NCBI GenBank assembly: GCA_026400565.1
Contig: JAPLOV010000129.1
Location: 22,736 to 86,735, forward strand
Length of the DNA stretch: 64,000 bases
From: Hyphomicrobiales bacterium
GTDB lineage: Bacteria; Pseudomonadota; Alphaproteobacteria; Rhizobiales; Beijerinckiaceae
Direction of reading: 5' to 3'
The position numbers and the translations under genes were made by a program. The notes beneath the pieces are model-generated. The model had not been told where the DNA came from. It worked only from the letters and a program-made list of their open reading frames with translations, and searched no databases. Shown one piece after another: positions 1 to 9,348 of the stretch; within the stretch, counting starts at the first letter, position 1, and each line of letters opens with the position of its first letter.

Positions 1-45
1 TTCAAGGGTCACGGCTGCAACCGGCTTCGGCTGGTCAGTCATCAT
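1..45 (-). CDS. 5' end of a gene running off the window; probably histidine phosphotransferase ChpT
   Basis: ATG ATG ACT GAC CAG... (MMTDQPKPVAAVTLE) with GGGAGAG upstream. The chpT identity is inferred only from the known chpT-eipA linkage in Rhizobiales and the TLE lead-in. Confidence 0.4.
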   Translation of the reverse strand, partial: MMTDQPKPVAAVTLE

Positions 46-351
46 CGGGCTCTCCCAAGGTTTGCGAATCAGGCTTGCCGCTTTGGATCGGGTTTAGCCG
101 GACAGGTGTTGGCTGGCCATGGCAGGGCGCGCAACCGCAGCCCCTGCAATGCCATCCAGGTGCCAGAAGGGCATGATTGTGCGAAATTTCTGGTTAACGT
201 GAGCCGGCTGGCGTAAGGATAAGGTATTGCGCGCTGCGCCGGTCCTGTAGGGCCGTTGCGGCCCTGGACAGACCGGGCGTCTGCGATCGGGTTTCATGTC
301 AGGTTTTCAACCGTGCCTGTGACGCCACTTTTCCAGACCCAGTTTCTGGGC

Positions 352-1170
352 ATGGTGCGCAATGATCTCGGCTTCAAGCTGTTCGAGGCCGCGCTGGACG
401 GGGCGCGGACGCTGATGTCCTTCTGGTGCGGGCAGGTGACCAGCACCATGAAGGCCGACGGCTCGCCGGTGAGCGATGCCGACCATGCGGCCGATGCCGC
501 CGTGCGGCAATCGCTGAAGCGGCTCGGGGTTGACGCCTCGCTGGTCAGCGAAGAGGGCGTGACCGGACATGCGGCGGATACGGAAACGTTCCTGCTGCTC
601 GACCCGCTCGACGGCACCAAGGACTTCCTCGAACATGGCCCGGAATTCTGTGTCTGCCTTGCCGCCATCCACCGTGGCAGGGCCGTCGCCGGGGCGATCG
701 TCGCGCCGGCCCTGAAGCGGGCGTGGTTTGCCGGCGAGACCTGCTTTGCAGTCGCGCTCGACGGAGCGCTGGAGCCCGAGGGTGCGCCGCGCGTGCTGCA
801 CATCGCCGACCGCCCCCGCGCCGAAGCGCCGCAAGCGCTGATCAGCCGGCGCAATGGCGATGCCAGGTCGGAGGCGGCGCTGCGCCTGTGCGGCGTGTCG
901 AGCATGAAGCCCGCCTCATCGGCGATCAAGTTCGGGCTTCTGGCCGAAGGCTTTGCCGACATCCATGTGCGCCATGGCCAGACCATGGCCTGGGACATCG
1001 CGGCTGGCGACGCCATTCTCACGGCTGCGGGCGGGCTTGTCCGCAATGTTGACGGCGCACCGCTGAGCTACGACAATGCCGATCAGGATTTCCGCAATCC
1101 GCCCTTCGTGGCCGTTTCGCGCGCCGACCTTTTGCCGACCGTGCTGAGTGCGGTTCAGCGCGTGAGCTGA
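352..1170 (+). CDS. cysQ: 3'(2'),5'-bisphosphate nucleotidase CysQ (inositol monophosphatase family)
   Basis: Motifs VSEE, LLDPLDGTKDF and WDIAAGDAIL. ATG 352 chosen over TTG 256. Confidence 0.88.
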   Translation: MVRNDLGFKLFEAALDGARTLMSFWCGQVTSTMKADGSPVSDADHAADAAVRQSLKRLGVDASLVSEEGVTGHAADTETFLLLDPLDGTKDFLEHGPEFCVCLAAIHRGRAVAGAIVAPALKRAWFAGETCFAVALDGALEPEGAPRVLHIADRPRAEAPQALISRRNGDARSEAALRLCGVSSMKPASSAIKFGLLAEGFADIHVRHGQTMAWDIAAGDAILTAAGGLVRNVDGAPLSYDNADQDFRNPPFVAVSRADLLPTVLSAVQRVS

Positions 1171-1679
1171 AGCGACATCTCCGGCCATTTCTGGTCTGCC
1201 TTGCCGAGCAGTGCCGGGTTGTTCCGGACCACCTCGCGACCCTGCTCGGTGCGGAAGAGCAGCAGCCTGTCATCGAGGATCAGGAACAGTTCCGGCCGCG
1301 CACCGACGATCTGTCCGTTGGCGATGCCGATCGGGTCGTGGCCGCCAAAGCGTGGCAGGTAAGCATCGGGCGTTTGGAGGAAAGCTTCACGGTTGGCGCG
1401 GCTTGCGAAACGCCAGACGACGCCGTTGTGTTGCGCCTCGTGCTGGCTCAGGCCGCCCACGGCAGTTCCCGACGCGAAATAGGCCACCGGATCAAAGCCA
1501 TCGATGGCGATGCCGGCGCTATCGTGCAGCGCCATGATCTCGCCCATCGCCGGCAAGGCTGGCAGGCCATAGGGCGTGCTGGCGCTGGCCTGCTGCGCCA
1601 TCGGCAAAGCTGCCAGAGCGACGATCAGCACCCGCGAAAGAAGCCACAAGCGGTTCATCCGCCTTGCAAAGGTCGTCAT
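1155..1679 (-). CDS. YHS-domain (seleno)protein-like exported protein
   Basis: Signal peptide, then AIDGFDPVAYF...WRFASRANREAF..PDAYLPRFGG. Start set at ATG 1679. Confidence 0.8.
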   Translation of the reverse strand: MTTFARRMNRLWLLSRVLIVALAALPMAQQASASTPYGLPALPAMGEIMALHDSAGIAIDGFDPVAYFASGTAVGGLSQHEAQHNGVVWRFASRANREAFLQTPDAYLPRFGGHDPIGIANGQIVGARPELFLILDDRLLLFRTEQGREVVRNNPALLGKADQKWPEMSLQLTR

Positions 1680-1777
1680 CGCAGTTGATCTTTCTGGTGC
1701 ATGATTCGGAAGCGCTCCGTCAGAGAGCGCCCTCAACAGGTCGGCACCGTAGGCATCGAGTGTATCCGGAACGTTGA

Positions 1778-2431
1778 TTGCGCGTTTCGATGGGAGGGTT
1801 CGCTGCAATGAGGTTGCCAATGTGTTTACACTCCACTGCGTTTTTTCGTGCGCTGTGCCGGGCGAGGGCCACAGGTCTGGCCCTGCTGCTTCTGCTGGCC
1901 ATGGCATTCGTGCCGGCCGGGCCGGCTCAGGCCCAGCAGACCGACGGCACTTTCAAACCCGATGAACTGGTCGGCTCGGGCCACAAGTTCTTCGGCAATG
2001 TCTCACGTGGACTGGCACTGGCGATCGAGGAGGCCGTGCGCCGCTGGGGCGAGCCGAACGGCTACATCCTTGGCCAGGAAGGCTCCGGTGCTTTCGTGGC
2101 CGGCCTGCGCTATGGCGAAGGCACGCTCTACACGCGCAATGCCGGTGATCGCCGCGTGTTCTGGCAGGGGCCATCGCTCGGTTTTGATTTCGGCGGTGAC
2201 GGCGCCCGCACGATGATGCTGGTCTACAACATGCCGCGCACCGATTCGATCTTCCAGCGCTTTGGGGGCGTCGATGGCTCCTTGTATTTCATCGCCGGCT
2301 TCGGGTTCACGGCGCTGACGGCGGGCGATGGCGTGACCATCGTGCCGATCCGGACCGGTGTCGGTGCCCGGCTCGGCATCAACGTGAGCTATCTCAAGTT
2401 CACGCCGCAATCGACCTGGAATCCCTTCTGA
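1778..2431 (+). CDS. eipA: DUF1134 / EipA family envelope integrity protein
   Basis: PNGYILGQEGSGAFVAGLRYGEG, FWQGPSLGFD and C-terminal YLKFTPQSTWNPF. The true start may be downstream (about 1820-1900). Confidence 0.82.
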   Translation: MRVSMGGFAAMRLPMCLHSTAFFRALCRARATGLALLLLLAMAFVPAGPAQAQQTDGTFKPDELVGSGHKFFGNVSRGLALAIEEAVRRWGEPNGYILGQEGSGAFVAGLRYGEGTLYTRNAGDRRVFWQGPSLGFDFGGDGARTMMLVYNMPRTDSIFQRFGGVDGSLYFIAGFGFTALTAGDGVTIVPIRTGVGARLGINVSYLKFTPQSTWNPF

Positions 2432-2657
2432 GGCCGTCCGTCGGGCGGGGCTGAACCCCGACTGCCCAGCCAGGGTTGGAATGTGCGATTGCGGCGACCA
2501 TCTGGCTATCTGGTGCGTGCCGTGGCATGGTTGCGAGGCGTCAGATCGTGGTGATCCATCGGATCAAGCATCCGAACACGGCATGATGAGCCTCACCGGG
2601 CGGAGTTGCACCGCCTGTGCTGACGATATGCTGCCGTGATGCCGGGGAATACCTGCC

Positions 2658-4052
2658 TTGATCGAAGCTGTGATGTTGGCCGCGCTGGGTTTTCTGGTCG
2701 CGACCGTGCTTTGGCTGATCATGCTGCCGGCCATCAGCCGCCGGGCGGAAAGGCTTGCGCGCCGCCGGGCGGAGTTGATGTTCCCGCTGTCCGTCGACGA
2801 GATTGCCGCCGAGCGTGACCATCTGCGTGCCGAGTTTGCGGTGCGCGAGCGTGAGCTTGAACGCCGGGTTGCCGAAAGCACGACCGCCCGGGCTCAGGCG
2901 CTGGTCGCCACTGGGCAGCGCGACATGCAGGTTTCCGAACTCAAGACCGTGCTTGGCGTGCGCGATGTCACCATCGTTGACCTCGACACGACGCTGGCCG
3001 CGACGCGCGCCGAACTGGCCGGGACCCAGACGCGGCTTGCCAGCGAGCAGGCCAGCCTCGCCGAAGCCCTCAATGACCTGTCCATTCGCGGACAAGCCCT
3101 CGCAGACCGCGACAAGGACGTTGCCCAGTTGCGTGTCGAGCGGACCGACCTTACAGCCGAACTGGCCCAGCGGACGCGCGATCTCGATGCCGCGACGCAG
3201 CGCGGAAACGGGCTTTCGGTGGAACTGGCCGCGACCAGTACCCGCCTTGCCAGCCTGGACATGGTCCATGAGGCACTCGAACGAGAGCATGACCGGCTGA
3301 GGCTGGCACTGGCCGGGAGCGAGACCGTGAGCGAGACCCGCGCGGCGCATGTCGCCGATCTCAAGGACCGGCTGGCCGAAACCACGGCGGCGCTGGCTAC
3401 GGAGCAGGCTGCCCATGGCACCACGCGATCCACCTTCGAGCAGCGCGGTATCGAGCTTGTGGCCTTCGTGGCTGAACGTGACAGCCTCCGGCTTCGCCTC
3501 AAGGCCGCTGACGACAGCGCGGCGCGGCTTGAGCAGACGCTTCATGAATTGCACAGCGCGAAGACGACCATCGAGGCCAAGCTGGCGGCTGCCCGCAAGG
3601 AAGAGGACAAGACGAGGGTGCTGCTGCGCGACGGCGCGGCGGAGAAGGCGCGCCTGGAGGTCGAGTTTGCGAGCGCCCGGCGCGAACGTGACGCCCGGAT
3701 CGAGGCCCTGACCAGCGATCTGGCCACGGCAAGGGCTGCCCTGACACAGGCCCGCTCCTCGCGCGCGACACTGACGCGCGAACTGGGCGACCTCAGACGC
3801 GATGCCGAGCGCGTCTCCGCGCGCCTTGCCGCCGAGAACAGCCAGTTGCGCGGCGAGATCATGAAGGTCGCCGACCAGTTCCTTGCTGCCCGTCAGAAGG
3901 CCGCGCCCCTGCCGGCAAACGAAGTCCTGCCTGCCAATGCTGCGCCAGCCTCCGAGCAGGTTGCCGGCCCGGCCCGGCCGCGCAGGACGGTCCGCGCCCG
4001 GTCCGCAAGGGCTGGGTCTGCCCCGCCCCTTCCGACCCGCGCCGCGGAATAG
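2658..4052 (+). CDS. Membrane-anchored long coiled-coil protein
   Basis: N-terminal TM helix, PLSVDEIAAERDHLRAEFA segment, about 330 aa of Ala/Leu/Glu/Arg heptad-like sequence, Pro/Arg-rich tail. Confidence 0.78.
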   Translation: MIEAVMLAALGFLVATVLWLIMLPAISRRAERLARRRAELMFPLSVDEIAAERDHLRAEFAVRERELERRVAESTTARAQALVATGQRDMQVSELKTVLGVRDVTIVDLDTTLAATRAELAGTQTRLASEQASLAEALNDLSIRGQALADRDKDVAQLRVERTDLTAELAQRTRDLDAATQRGNGLSVELAATSTRLASLDMVHEALEREHDRLRLALAGSETVSETRAAHVADLKDRLAETTAALATEQAAHGTTRSTFEQRGIELVAFVAERDSLRLRLKAADDSAARLEQTLHELHSAKTTIEAKLAAARKEEDKTRVLLRDGAAEKARLEVEFASARRERDARIEALTSDLATARAALTQARSSRATLTRELGDLRRDAERVSARLAAENSQLRGEIMKVADQFLAARQKAAPLPANEVLPANAAPASEQVAGPARPRRTVRARSARAGSAPPLPTRAAE

Positions 4053-4056
4053 CGTC

Positions 4057-6522
4057 TCAACGGCTGATCAGGGCATCGATGCTCCCGATAAACTGGCCAA
4101 GCCCGCGTGCCAGCGATGGCGGCATGCGCGCCGCCATGTCGCTTGCCAAACCGGCGAACGGCTCGAAGCGGAAGACCACGGTCGAGCGCCCGGCAGGAAT
4201 GGCAACGGCCCGGAACAGCACGTTTGCGCGCAGGACAGGCTCTGCCTTGCCATTGACATCGGCGCTCCACCAGCGCTGCCAGGCATCGTTGAGAACCAGA
4301 AAGCCGCAGGCCGGCGACTGGACCTCGACCACCACTTCGGTGTTGGCATAGCGCCGGATGCTGGCGCTGGCGGGCCCGGCTGTTGCCTCCTTCGGCGGTT
4401 CGCACGCGGCGGACTGCGCCGGATCCGGCAGCAGGACAGTGCGCGCCGGATCGAAGCCATCGGGCCATTTTCCGGTGGCGAGCAGCAGCCCGGTATCCAC
4501 CGTGCGGGCCTCGGCCACTACCATGACGCGCGGCAGGGCGGCGCTGTTCTCGTAGATGTAGCCGTCCGCGGTGCGGGCGATCTGGCGCAGCGGTCCTGAC
4601 GCGAGGCTTGCGGCAGTGAGGCTCCTGTCGACCTGTTCGAGCGGCACGCGGCTGGCGATGAAACGCAGGCCAAGCATGTTGGCCAGCATGGAATTGTAGC
4701 CCGGCATCAGCGACGAGAACCGGCGTTGATCGGGCAGGGCGATGTGGTCGCCGGCTCCCGTGGCGCGCGAATAGTCGCCCAGCCTCAGGGGGTTGTAGCC
4801 CAGAGTGTGATCAAGCCCATGGGTCATGCTGGCGTTGGGCCAGTGGAATTCGATGCCGACGAGTTCAATGCGGTCGCGCCGGTCGGGGGCGGCCGTGCGG
4901 GCAAGCCCCGTCTTCAGCAGCGCGATGGTTTCATTGGCGCTGTCAGGGCGCAGGACATCGTATTGCGCCGTCGGCAGGCCGGTGGACTCGCTCGGGCCGT
5001 TGCTGACCGCCAGATCGATACCGACCACCGAGGCGATGAACAGCGCCGCTGCCATGGGCGCTGCCACATGGGCGCGGTGCACGAACCAGAGCATGACGCC
5101 GCCCATCAGCAGCACGATGGCGCTGGCAAGCAGCGGAACGGCCGCCACGTCGAGGCGGCCGGCATGCACGGCCAGCGCGAGCGCGCCGCCAAGGCCCACG
5201 ACGAGGGCCGCCAGCCCCGCGAGCCACTGCCAGAGCCGGGCAGGCCGCGCCACGCGTCCGGTCGCCAGCACATGCACGCAGTAGCCAGCCAGAATGGCGG
5301 CCAGCGCCCCGAAGTTGAACAGCGCATCTGCCGGGCGGCGATAGAAGGCAACGCCCGGCAGGAGGCCGTACAGAAGCTGGAACAGCGGCGTGTAGCGTCC
5401 AAGAGCATAGAGCAGCACCAGCACCGTGGCGATGCTGACCGCGCGGATGGCCGGATCCCAGGCACGGCCCCTCAGGATGCCGATAGCGGCAATCGCCAGA
5501 AGCGGCAGCGCGCCGATGTAGGCCACGCTCATGTTGCGCGCCAGGAAAAGGTCGACCGGGCCGAACACATCGTTCCAGCGCGGGCTCGGCTGGCCCCAAA
5601 AGTTCTCCAGCGGCCCTGCTGCGCCGAACAGGTTCGCCACCAGCAGCGTCAGCAGCGAGGCAGGGTGGAGGCTGCCCTTGCCCGCGCCCTCCAGATCGAT
5701 CATCGGGCGGTTGGATTGCTCCGCCAGCATCAGGGTGAACAGGATCGGCAAGGCTGCCGTCATGATCGTGGCGAGCGCCATGGCACCGAGCGGCTTCAGG
5801 CTGTGCCGGATGGCCCTCAATGGTGCGCCCGATTGCAGCCAGGCTGCCAGGGTGAGGCCTGCCAGCGTGTAGACGCCAATCAGGGCCACCTGGTCACGGC
5901 CGAGCACCATAAGGCCTGCTGTGAAACCTGCGGCGAGGCCATAGCGCGCGCTGCCACGGGAGAGGGCACGCGCCATCAGCCACAGCGTGATGGCGAAATA
6001 GCTCAGGCTCATCACCTGCCCGATGTGCTGGATGCGCCAGGCTGCGGCAGCGCCGAAGGCGAAGACCAAAGCAGTGGTCACGGCCCCGGCAGGCCCCCAG
6101 TTGCGGTCGCGGAACAGCATGACAAGGGCCAGCGCTCCGGCGAGCAGGCTCGCCAGCACCACGGCATCTCCCACCAGTGGGCCGGGGCGCGGAAACAGCC
6201 AGGCTGCGATCAGGTGTGGCGGCGAGGCGATCAGCGATTGCGGGTCGGCAATCTGGGGGTGCCCGGCAAAGACGTGCGGGTTCCAGAACGGCGCCTCGCC
6301 CTTCGCCAGAGAACTGGCGAGGAACTGGAACTGCGGCTGGAAATGAGCCTTGGCATCCCAGGGGATCGTCAGCGCGCCGGACAGCCAGGCCCAGTTCAGC
6401 GCCGCCCAGAACAGCGCAACGAGGCCGATCACACCCCACAGACGCTGACGGGTCCAGAGCGCAGGTTCAGGCCCGGCCGGAGCTTCGGATGAAAGGTCGG
6501 GGGCTGTCTCAGGCGCGCTCAT
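4057..6522 (-). CDS. YfhO-like polytopic membrane protein (putative GT-C glycosyltransferase)
   Basis: PFWNPHVFAGHPQIAD near the N-terminus, many TM helices, C-terminal LVLNDAWQRWWSADVNG..VLRANVLFRAVAIPAG..V.FRFEP domain. Confidence 0.8.
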   Translation of the reverse strand: MSAPETAPDLSSEAPAGPEPALWTRQRLWGVIGLVALFWAALNWAWLSGALTIPWDAKAHFQPQFQFLASSLAKGEAPFWNPHVFAGHPQIADPQSLIASPPHLIAAWLFPRPGPLVGDAVVLASLLAGALALVMLFRDRNWGPAGAVTTALVFAFGAAAAWRIQHIGQVMSLSYFAITLWLMARALSRGSARYGLAAGFTAGLMVLGRDQVALIGVYTLAGLTLAAWLQSGAPLRAIRHSLKPLGAMALATIMTAALPILFTLMLAEQSNRPMIDLEGAGKGSLHPASLLTLLVANLFGAAGPLENFWGQPSPRWNDVFGPVDLFLARNMSVAYIGALPLLAIAAIGILRGRAWDPAIRAVSIATVLVLLYALGRYTPLFQLLYGLLPGVAFYRRPADALFNFGALAAILAGYCVHVLATGRVARPARLWQWLAGLAALVVGLGGALALAVHAGRLDVAAVPLLASAIVLLMGGVMLWFVHRAHVAAPMAAALFIASVVGIDLAVSNGPSESTGLPTAQYDVLRPDSANETIALLKTGLARTAAPDRRDRIELVGIEFHWPNASMTHGLDHTLGYNPLRLGDYSRATGAGDHIALPDQRRFSSLMPGYNSMLANMLGLRFIASRVPLEQVDRSLTAASLASGPLRQIARTADGYIYENSAALPRVMVVAEARTVDTGLLLATGKWPDGFDPARTVLLPDPAQSAACEPPKEATAGPASASIRRYANTEVVVEVQSPACGFLVLNDAWQRWWSADVNGKAEPVLRANVLFRAVAIPAGRSTVVFRFEPFAGLASDMAARMPPSLARGLGQFIGSIDALISR

Positions 6523-6605
6523 GCACGGGACCATAGACGATGCAGACCGGGTGCGTCCTCACTGCGCAGCCGATGTTCCCACAGCAATCGCGCGGCTGCG
6601 TCCGC

Positions 6606-7736
6606 TCAATCGCTGGGGGCGGCGCGCGTCATCAGCACGTCCATGTCGATGTAATGGCCTGCGCGATCGCGCTTGGATTCCAGATACTGGACATTGTGCT
6701 TGTTGGGCCGACCCAGGACCCGGCGGCTGGCCTGCACCTCAAGGCCAGCATGCTTGATCGCGCCGATCTTGACCGGGTTGTTGGTCATGGCCACCACGCG
6801 GCGCACGCCAAGCGGCTTCAGCATCTCGGCGGCGAAATCGAAGCGGCGCTGGTCGAGATCGAAGCCCAGCACTTCGTCGGCGTCATAGGTGTCCCAGCCT
6901 TCGGACTGGAGGCGATAGGCGCGCATCTTGTTGGACAGGCCATTTCCGCGTCCTTCCTGATCGAGATAGAGCAGGATGCCGCCCTCGTTCTCGGCCATCC
7001 AGCGCACGGTATCGCGCAACTGGTCGCCGCAATCGCACTTCAGCGAGCCAAACAGGTCGCCGGTCAGGCAGGCGGAGTGAATCCGCACGTGGACGGGCTC
7101 ATCAAGGTTGAGTTCACCGACAACGATGGCGACCTGATCGCGCAGCCCCTCTCCGCCGCGGAACACCACGAACTCGGTGCGCGGGGCATCTTCGAGCGGC
7201 ACAGGCGCACGGCCGACGATGCTCAGTTCCTCGACCTGCGTCTTGCGGAAACTGTTGATGGCGGTGACTGCGACGCGCACCAGCGGTTCGTCGGCAATGG
7301 CGTCGGGATCGACCGGCACGATGACGAGGGCCGGAATGATCAGCGACAACGCGGTCAGTTCGAGCGCGCTGATGTCGATCGCGGTGGCCGGGGCAACCGG
7401 AGCATCGAGCCTGCCATCGACCTTGAGCACAAGCTGTTCGATGCGGGCCATGTCGATGGTCGGCAGCGCCACGACGCCGGGAACCTTGCGGTTGGCAGCA
7501 CCGAGACGGCGCAGGCGGGCGGCGGGCAGCGCAAGCCGGGCATTGCCGGCGGCAAAGGTGTTCAGGGTCTCGACGAAGCCCGCATCGAGCAGCTCGGCAG
7601 AGACAATCAGAGCAGCGCCCTCGCCACCCATCAGCAGCACCGGGCGGCCTGCACGCATCTCAGACATGGCACGGTCGACCGTCAGGAGATCCTGGCCACG
7701 GTCAAGACCGAGCACCGAACGCTTCTTCACGCTCAT
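6606..7736 (-). CDS. ribA: GTP cyclohydrolase II with a degenerate N-terminal extension
   Basis: VRIHSACLTGDLFGSLKCDCG (three Zn-binding Cys), QEGRGNGL, RAYRLQ, DQRRF, MTNNPVK. Confidence 0.92.
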   Translation of the reverse strand: MSVKKRSVLGLDRGQDLLTVDRAMSEMRAGRPVLLMGGEGAALIVSAELLDAGFVETLNTFAAGNARLALPAARLRRLGAANRKVPGVVALPTIDMARIEQLVLKVDGRLDAPVAPATAIDISALELTALSLIIPALVIVPVDPDAIADEPLVRVAVTAINSFRKTQVEELSIVGRAPVPLEDAPRTEFVVFRGGEGLRDQVAIVVGELNLDEPVHVRIHSACLTGDLFGSLKCDCGDQLRDTVRWMAENEGGILLYLDQEGRGNGLSNKMRAYRLQSEGWDTYDADEVLGFDLDQRRFDFAAEMLKPLGVRRVVAMTNNPVKIGAIKHAGLEVQASRRVLGRPNKHNVQYLESKRDRAGHYIDMDVLMTRAAPSD

Positions 7737-7833
7737 AAAAACACCATTCTTCCTGATCAAAAGGGCCGGATATGGCCATATGCAATTTTACGTAGTTTGT
7801 CATCCAGAGGTTGCAGCCAAACATTTGTCGCTT

Positions 7834-7848
7834 GAACCTTGCATGAAC
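7834..7848 (+). promoter_or_regulatory. GAAC-N7-GAAC (alphaproteobacterial LexA-box-like) in the ribA/cybB divergent region
   Basis: GAACcttgcatGAAC. The match is short and could be chance. Confidence 0.25.
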
Positions 7849-7926
7849 GTTTGCGAACTTCTGTTAAGGATCGATGACATGGCCCCTTCTTGCCAAGCGC
7901 ATGAAAGCCTGTCCGAGGAGAACGCC

Positions 7927-8484
7927 ATGGATGCCCACAAGGAACCGCTCGTTTACAGTGCCGCTGCACGGCATTTTCACTGGATCACCGCGGGCTTCGT
8001 GGTTGTCATGGCACCTGTCGGCGTGATCATGGCCGAGCGCGGCGAGCAGAACATCTGGGACGGCACGACCAACGCGCTCTATTCGGGCCACAAGTTGGCC
8101 GGCTTCATCCTGCTCTTCATTCTTGCGGCCCGGCTGGGCTACCGCCTGATCAAGGGGGCTCCCGCCGATGAGCCGACACTCGAGCCATGGCAGAAGACCG
8201 TCGCGCATATCACCCACTGGGCGATCTATGCCCTGCTGTTTGCCTTGGTTTTCAGTGGCTGGATCGGGATTTCGCTTTATCCCGCGCTCGACATTTTCGG
8301 GTTGTTCTCGCTGCCGGGTCTCGTCGCTCCCAATCAGGCGGCGGCGGCGCAGGCGCTGTTCGCCCACAAGATCTTCGGATTTGCCCTGGCTGGGCTGGTG
8401 GCGATGCACATCGCCGCGTCGCTGTTCCACCATTTCGTGCGCAAGGACGGCGTGCTCCGGCGCATGCTGCCCAGGAAGCCCTGA
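7927..8484 (+). CDS. cybB: Cytochrome b561 (CybB/YceJ family)
   Basis: YSAAARHFHW, HKLAG, HITHWAIY, H..ASLFHHFVRKDGVLRRMLP; four TM helices. Confidence 0.88.
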   Translation: MDAHKEPLVYSAAARHFHWITAGFVVVMAPVGVIMAERGEQNIWDGTTNALYSGHKLAGFILLFILAARLGYRLIKGAPADEPTLEPWQKTVAHITHWAIYALLFALVFSGWIGISLYPALDIFGLFSLPGLVAPNQAAAAQALFAHKIFGFALAGLVAMHIAASLFHHFVRKDGVLRRMLPRKP

Positions 8485-8499
8485 GGCCTCATTTTCTGG

Positions 8500-9336
8500 C
8501 TATATCGGCGTGGCAAACAGGTCGAGATGGCCGACGAGGCCTTGCCGGACCCCGCGCTTGGCCTCCAGCCAGCTGGCAATGTCGGCTTCGCCAACCTTGC
8601 CGGTCTCGCGCACGGCCGCGGCGATGCCAAGGGTGAGCGCATCGACAAGGCCGGCATCGGCGCCGGTCATCAGCCAGGGGCTGTCGGCGGTCTCGGCGCG
8701 ATAGCCGGAGGCCGCAAATGCTCCCGACATGGCGCGGCATGCATCCGGCCCGGCGGCAGGCCCGAAGCCCTTGTCGGAATGCTGGTGGCCGTGAAACGCC
8801 GCGACCATGGCGGCGTCCGCTGCGTGAGGTGGTTGCCATACCTCGCGCCCGTCATAGGTCAGCACCGTATAGAGCGGCAGCCTGCGGGCAGCGAGGGCGC
8901 CGACGAAACGATCGATCCAGCTTGGCGACACCAGATCAAACAGGGCGGCGGCTGTGACGAGATCGGGCTGCCAGTCGAGCACCTTCTCAAGATCGGTATT
9001 GAGATCGGCGCGGCGGAAATCGACCATCAGGCGCTTGCCATCCTTGACCAGCAGCAGTTCCTCGCCAGCCTCACTGGCCTCATCGGCCCACGCGGCAAGA
9101 CGCGTGCGGGCTGCAGCCAGCAGCAGCGGGTCGTAGTCAACCAGCGTCCAGTGCTGGCTGTCGCCAAACAGCCGCCATGTGCCACGCAGGTTCGAGCCCG
9201 CCCCGCAGCCGAGGTCCATGATGCTGATGTGATCGGGCGTGCCGAACCAGTCCGCCACGCGGGCGGCGAGGACTTGGTTGACCGAGCGGTGATCGACGGG
9301 CTCGCGCAGGGCAAGCCATTGTGCTGAGAAACTCAT
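8500..9336 (-). CDS. Class I SAM-dependent methyltransferase
   Basis: Motif I IMDLGCGAGSNLR, LVDYD, DLVTAAALFDLVS. Confidence 0.85.
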   Translation of the reverse strand: MSFSAQWLALREPVDHRSVNQVLAARVADWFGTPDHISIMDLGCGAGSNLRGTWRLFGDSQHWTLVDYDPLLLAAARTRLAAWADEASEAGEELLLVKDGKRLMVDFRRADLNTDLEKVLDWQPDLVTAAALFDLVSPSWIDRFVGALAARRLPLYTVLTYDGREVWQPPHAADAAMVAAFHGHQHSDKGFGPAAGPDACRAMSGAFAASGYRAETADSPWLMTGADAGLVDALTLGIAAAVRETGKVGEADIASWLEAKRGVRQGLVGHLDLFATPI

Positions 9337-9348
9337 GTCAGATCATCC

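Noticed and set aside
4726-6492. 588-aa plus-strand ORF
   Set aside because: Antisense to the YfhO-like gene; no recognisable domain.
6606-7736. ribA as part of a riboflavin operon with an FMN riboswitch
   Set aside because: No ribD/E/H genes are adjacent and I recognised no RFN-like leader upstream.
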